Source: a virus
Lineage: Duplodnaviria > Caudoviricetes
Direction: 5' to 3' (one strand)
Length of the DNA: 25,249 nt
IMG/VR virus record: IMGVR_UViG_3300036768_001392
Span: 1 to 25,249 of that record
The notes beneath the pieces were generated by a model. It saw only the letters and a list, made by a program, of their open reading frames with translations, did not search any database and had not been told where the DNA came from. Below, in pieces: positions 24,520 through 25,249 of this stretch (positions within the stretch are counted from its first letter, which is position 1; each line of letters begins with the position of its first letter). The position numbers and the translations under genes are program-made.

Positions 24520-25249
24520 ATGAAGCAAAAGCTTGACCTTACCAAGCTGCTCCCAAGCGGCCTCAAGAACGAGACCCTTGATAGCTTGGTTGCCAACCTT
24601 TTTAACCGTTTCCTGTCAGAGGAGCGCACGGTTTTTGTTGCCGGGGAAGTTGGAAAGAAGGACAACCTCCAGTCGACCGCTGAGATCCAGGCCCCTGACC
24701 TAGACCGGGAGCTGAACGCGCTGGTCCCAGCCGCCTACGTCAAGACCTCGACCGTTGAGAACGCGTACGTTTTCGCTGACCTGGTGAACCGGCTAAAGGC
24801 GCTTGGCTGCGACGTTGACCGCCTGCGTGAGGTGCTGGCGGAGCAGTGGCTAAACTTCGCGCCCCCGTTTGACCTCGATCGGTTCATCAACTATGCGAGC
24901 TACTACTGGGTTGGCCCTCAGCTAAAGGATAGCCGGGCCAAGATGAGCTGGAACCCGGCCGCAGCGCCTGAGTATTACGTGATGAAGCGTCCACCAGCCA
25001 CTGACAGGAAGAAGCTGTCAGTTGACTGGGCCGTCGAGGCTGGCCGCACGCTCGCGCTCTGGGGTGCTGACCGTCCCGGCATCACCAACCTCGATGGCTC
25101 AATCGCTGGCGAACGCTTCACAATCACGTTTACCAGCATCAACACCTTTACGATCTCGGCAACGAGCGATAACTGGAAGCTGCCAGAAAACCGAACCGCC
25201 TTCATCATCTGGGACCGTAACCCCACAAACCAAGACCTGCTGGGCGACG
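24520..25249 (+). CDS. Large virion structural protein, probably gp7-like baseplate wedge (partial, runs off the window); not in the ORF track
   Basis: MKQKLDLTKLLPSGLKNETLDSLVANLFNRFLSEE...PPFDLDRFINYASYYWVG..., apparently open to the window end; follows gp6 and a late promoter. Confidence 0.8.
   Translation, partial: MKQKLDLTKLLPSGLKNETLDSLVANLFNRFLSEERTVFVAGEVGKKDNLQSTAEIQAPDLDRELNALVPAAYVKTSTVENAYVFADLVNRLKALGCDVDRLREVLAEQWLNFAPPFDLDRFINYASYYWVGPQLKDSRAKMSWNPAAAPEYYVMKRPPATDRKKLSVDWAVEAGRTLALWGADRPGITNLDGSIAGERFTITFTSINTFTISATSDNWKLPENRTAFIIWDRNPTNQDLLGD

Noticed and set aside
823-25226. Numerous antisense and alternate-frame ORFs overlapping the called genes
   Set aside because: Expected shadow ORFs in GC-rich coding DNA; each lies over a gene with clear family motifs
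1-25249. Stop-codon reassignment as seen in some jumbo phages
   Set aside because: Conserved genes are full length in the standard code, and TAA, TAG and TGA all end genes at sensible positions

Overview
This GC-rich window (about 60% by eye) is a segment of a large T4-superfamily (jumbo-type) myophage genome and uses the standard genetic code. On the minus strand it carries a head block (tape-measure-like protein, portal gp20, prohead protease gp21, a small unlisted gp67-like ORF) and a recombination/transcription block (late sigma gp55, gp47/gp46 nuclease-ATPase, a small membrane peptide, an Hjc-type resolvase, two hypotheticals, a divergent PolA-superfamily palm protein). On the plus strand it carries a gp26/gp51-like chaperone pair and a baseplate block (nucleotidyltransferase-like protein, tube initiator, gp53, hub, gp5 spike, gp25, gp6, start of a gp7-like protein). 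TAAATA late-promoter motifs precede most structural units. The strongest unexplained signals are: (1) a 348-bp protein-less IS200/IS605 mini-element inserted exactly at a gene end after TTGAT, keeping an apparently complete TnpB omegaRNA and an IscB/HEARO-like 5' end; (2) a ~200-nt densely structured plus-strand RNA candidate at 6047-6250; (3) a -1 slippery site that could fuse the two tail chaperone ORFs; (4) a stand-alone TV-Pol/PolA-like polymerase; (5) a 219-aa protein resembling the RuvC-less N-terminal half of TnpB. All calls come from motif recognition by eye; no searches or folding computations were run.
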